Shown one piece after another: positions 60,449 through 64,000 of a stretch of DNA of 64,000 nt (position 1 is the first letter of the stretch; every line of letters begins with the position of its first letter). The stretch spans positions 116,819 to 180,818 of the forward strand of contig NMRA01000112.1 of the NCBI GenBank assembly GCA_002633005.1, read 5' to 3'. This DNA comes from Phoronis australis. Lineage: Eukaryota; Animalia; Phoronida. A program made the translations under genes and the position numbers. Below the pieces are notes generated by a model that saw nothing but the letters and a program-made list of their open reading frames with translations, did not search any database and had not been told where the DNA came from.

Positions 60449-63400
60449 GTGTAGCTGTAATCTGGAAAGTTCAGGGTAGGTTCACAATTAGCTCAACTAA
60501 TTAAGTTTGGCTAGGCATCATACATCATACATCATAAAAGTTGTCTGGTTCTAACAGAATCTGAGTGGTGACCTGTGTAAGCCAGAAATTCTCCACATGT
60601 GTGTACTTTATTGTACAATTAAATGCACATCCACATCCTATTTATTTTACAAGAGTCTTGGTACACCTGATCTTTATTTTAGGGGTGTTAGGATAGTACG
60701 TAACTAAGTTTTTGGTGATTTCTGTCAAAACTCATGTTAACCTGTCATATCCTTAGTAGACCTGTCCTGAAATAACACTGCACCACTCTCAGTCTGATGT
60801 ATTTACCCACAATGCAACCCACCTGTTAAGCACCGGTCCTGCATCTTCACAAGTCATGCAAATACGCAGTTAGGGTTACAGGTTCTGAGTTATAGAGTCC
60901 CACCAGAGACTCAGTCTGGCTGCAACTGTGGGTTGACGAAGGTTACAGGGTATTTATGGAGTCCCACATTAAAGAGACTTCCCTGCAAATGAAGAATTTT
61001 CACTTGGATTGACAGTGAAATATTGTGGTTGCAGGTGGTAGAGCGAATTGTTTTTCTCTTTTTCCTAAAAAAATTATAGAGGGTCAAAGAGACACTTTTC
61101 CACGTTCAATATCTTTACCATAGCTGTCATTAATATTCTGAAAATGTGGGGATTCACGACAACGTTAGATAACTTTGAAAAAAAAGAAAAAAAGTCAATT
61201 TTGATTATTATGTTTGCCCAAAGTCAGTGAGATTTTAATGCACCCACAGCCTTGTGAGTCATGACTGTCTATTGACTGTAGCTGCCCTTTTCAGTTCCCA
61301 AACAGTCGATGTGCACAAAGGTGGAAATTCTACAACACTCTGGACGGCTGTGGATTAGAGGGTGTGTGTCGCATGTGTGATACCAGAACTAGCCCCGCAT
61401 ACATCATCGAACAAGACTGTAAGAGTAATCACAGAAACGACCATCAATTATATGGAGAGCACAGAGCAAGGTGGTGCAGCAAAGGTGTAATCCCCAGTAA
61501 GTATCATGTGTTTTCTTGTTTTAAAGGGTTAGGATCTAGGTTAACCTAGGTACCATGGTTTTCTGTTCACGAAAACAGATCTATCGGTGAAAGTGGGATA
61601 TAATGTGCCCCCATTTTGAGAACCATGAAGTTTTTTCCACTGAATAACGGGCATCAATGCGAGAGATGTCACAAAAATATACCTAATATTCACAAGTTTG
61701 TTACATATACTATAATGCTGAAAATTTAATTACATATGCAAATTTTGTTTATGACAGCTTCTCAGAGAAATGGGAAAATTTTATTTTTTGTAGCAGTTGT
61801 TTACTTTATTATGCACCAACATATAATGCACCACATATTTATATGTGCATATTGCCATCATCTCTGTCTGGGCGTCCGAAAATTGGCATGTGCATGTTCT
61901 TACTATAAAGAGGATGGATGACGATGATTTTCCGATGACTTAGACTACTGTGGTGCCTCCTAGTGGCATTTTTTGCACCCATGGCTGTACCTTCTTTACA
62001 CTATGCAGAATCGTTTCTAAATTTAGCAAGTGTATTTATATGATGGCATGTTCCCATTATCGGATGGATTCGAAGTATTTTGCGCCATCTAGTGGCCATT
62101 GTTATGATACAAATGTACACCCCCAGAGGTACACCGTTAGTGATGCATTCATGGGCACATTTCAATGCTCCGCGTTGCTCTTTTATGAGATTTGAGAGTC
62201 TCCTGAGGTGTTCATGCATGAATGAATGGAAGTATTTGTTTGTTTTTGTACTTGTTTCAATGATAAAAATATCTGAAAAAAGTGACTAGTAGTACGATAT
62301 TTTCTCTATTAATTTGTACACTCTATTAGTTCGTACAGGACCCTTGAAACATGTCGTTTGTCTTCAATAGTTCGTACAGTAGGCGTCCGAGGGAAAAATA
62401 GTTCGTTCACGTATTTGCGTCGGAAAAATAATTCGTACTAGCTTTTGGGTCGGTAAAACAGTTTTATGTTAATTTCTTACTTTTAAGAAGTTGCGTATTT
62501 AATGTTGTTGGAGTGGTCAAAGCAAAGAAATTGTGATGTCTGACAAGCATTCATTTGTGTATGAATACTCCATACTACACTTCGTCATTTCTGGAACGAA
62601 AAATTAAAAGTGGGAATTTAGTAAACAAAATGATTTTGGTCAACTTTTGGCCGCTGATGACCAGCTCCACGTCACCCTGGTGTTAGAAAGTGTAAATTGA
62701 CCAATGTGGATTCAGCTAATTTTGAGGTAGTGTAGGAACTTTGTGTGTTACGTTCATTGATTGAGGTAGTACTCAGATTCATAGAACATTATCTTTTTTC
62801 CAAGATTTGTGGGCGTTCACTGTTGATTAATACCTTTGGATGCACTAAATAGAGATTAACCCCAACCATGATATGTTAAGCCTTAGATTGCTTCAAAACC
62901 ACTTGTTTCCGTCTGCTCCATGCTGCAGTGCTGTACGCGGGACATGACAGTGCACCTTTCTTCCATGTATAATGCTTTCCAGTACTTTCTTGCCTTCATT
63001 CCAGCTATTGTGTGTTTTAGTTTTCAACACTTAAAAGACTTTTTACTAGCTACCTCCTGAGTCCTGTCGGTGCCTCTTCGGATTTAAATCTGTACAAAAG
63101 ACTGTCACGTTATGGGTTAGCACTGTTGAACTTAAGAAGTTAGAAAGGCTCTGTTTTTGCATCTGAGTTTAAAAAAGGGTTTGCAGATTCTATCATGCGA
63201 TCACAAAAACAACTTTGCCATTTTTTAACTTGGCGTTTCACGAGAAGTGACTTAAGGCATAGACAGAAATTCTGTCTTACCCATTCCCACTTCACAATTG
63301 CTGAATAAAGGTTTAGCCACTCTAGTAATTATGAGATTATCATAGTCTAGAAATGATTTGTAAAAATTATTTCGGCAACTCGGAGTTATGTGTATATTCT

Positions 63401-64000
63401 CTGAGACTGCACTTTTGCTGTAGTGAGATTTAAGTATTTTTTAGAAATAGTTGCGTGGAGTGTAACACCAAATTTCTGTCCTGATTCTTAAGCCACTTTA
63501 TTAAACAGATTCCTCAAGAAGCTTTTCTGGAGCATTTCCCACAATTCTTTTCTGACAATTTTCTGTTCATCTAAACAGTGCTAATACGGCTACTTCTTGA
63601 ATGAGCTTTCGTAGACTTTTGGTTATGCCATGGAGTAAGAGCTGAGACAAAGATAGTTACGGTACTTAGAAGTTTGTGTTGATATCTTAGTTTTGAATCT
63701 TCGTGTTATGCCTGCCAATCAATACCTTGAGGTTTTATTTCTTCCCACTGGTTTTCCATGTTGCATGCTATGAACATTCCCACTAAATAAGATTGGTCCT
63801 AACCCCAGTGGTTAAGGTAAACGGTGGGGTACGGAAAATTGAACTAGACCGTATTTACCCACCTTGGCTGAGTCGCGCTCGGCTCACGATCAAAGGGATG
63901 CCGCCAAGCTGCTCTAGTCATCGAGTCAGGAGCGAGGATAATTGGCTTCGCTCATGCGGATATGATCAGCTGATTACAATCTAGCTAGCAGACTGTACTT

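Noticed and set aside
63818-64000. TTAA-GGTAAACGG possible start of another Kolobok element, with a 63-aa ORF
   Set aside because: Truncated by the window end, so no second terminus or empty site can confirm it.

Overview
AT-rich, intron-rich animal genomic DNA, probably a marine invertebrate deuterostome (inference from gene content and repeats). Gene models were built by hand from splice signals and remembered family motifs; no searches were run. Left to right: (1) the last two exons of a probable Aa_trans amino-acid transporter (+); (2) a complete SPATA18/Mieap gene (-, 5699-21330) with three homologous symmetric cassette exons and up to four alternative C-termini; (3) beta-sarcoglycan SGCB (+, 21537-31569), head-to-head with SPATA18 across about 200 bp; (4) polyprenol reductase SRD5A3 (-, 35377-41619); (5) the 5' end of an unidentified signal-peptide gene (+, ~47.8 kb onward). 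SPATA18, SGCB and SRD5A3 all lie on human 4q12, which suggests ancient linkage. Three of the four single-N joins (28173, 44612, 59275) separate near-identical direct duplicates that look like two haplotypes assembled in tandem; 38606 has no obvious duplicate. One join exposes a TTAA-inserted Kolobok-type transposon carrying an intact 4-exon KolX-like gene absent from the ORF track. There are also MITEs, a dead Penelope-like RT fragment and several minisatellites. No CRISPR array, rRNA or convincing tRNA was seen. I found no clearly new biological system; the best leads are the transposon cargo gene and the Mieap isoform architecture.
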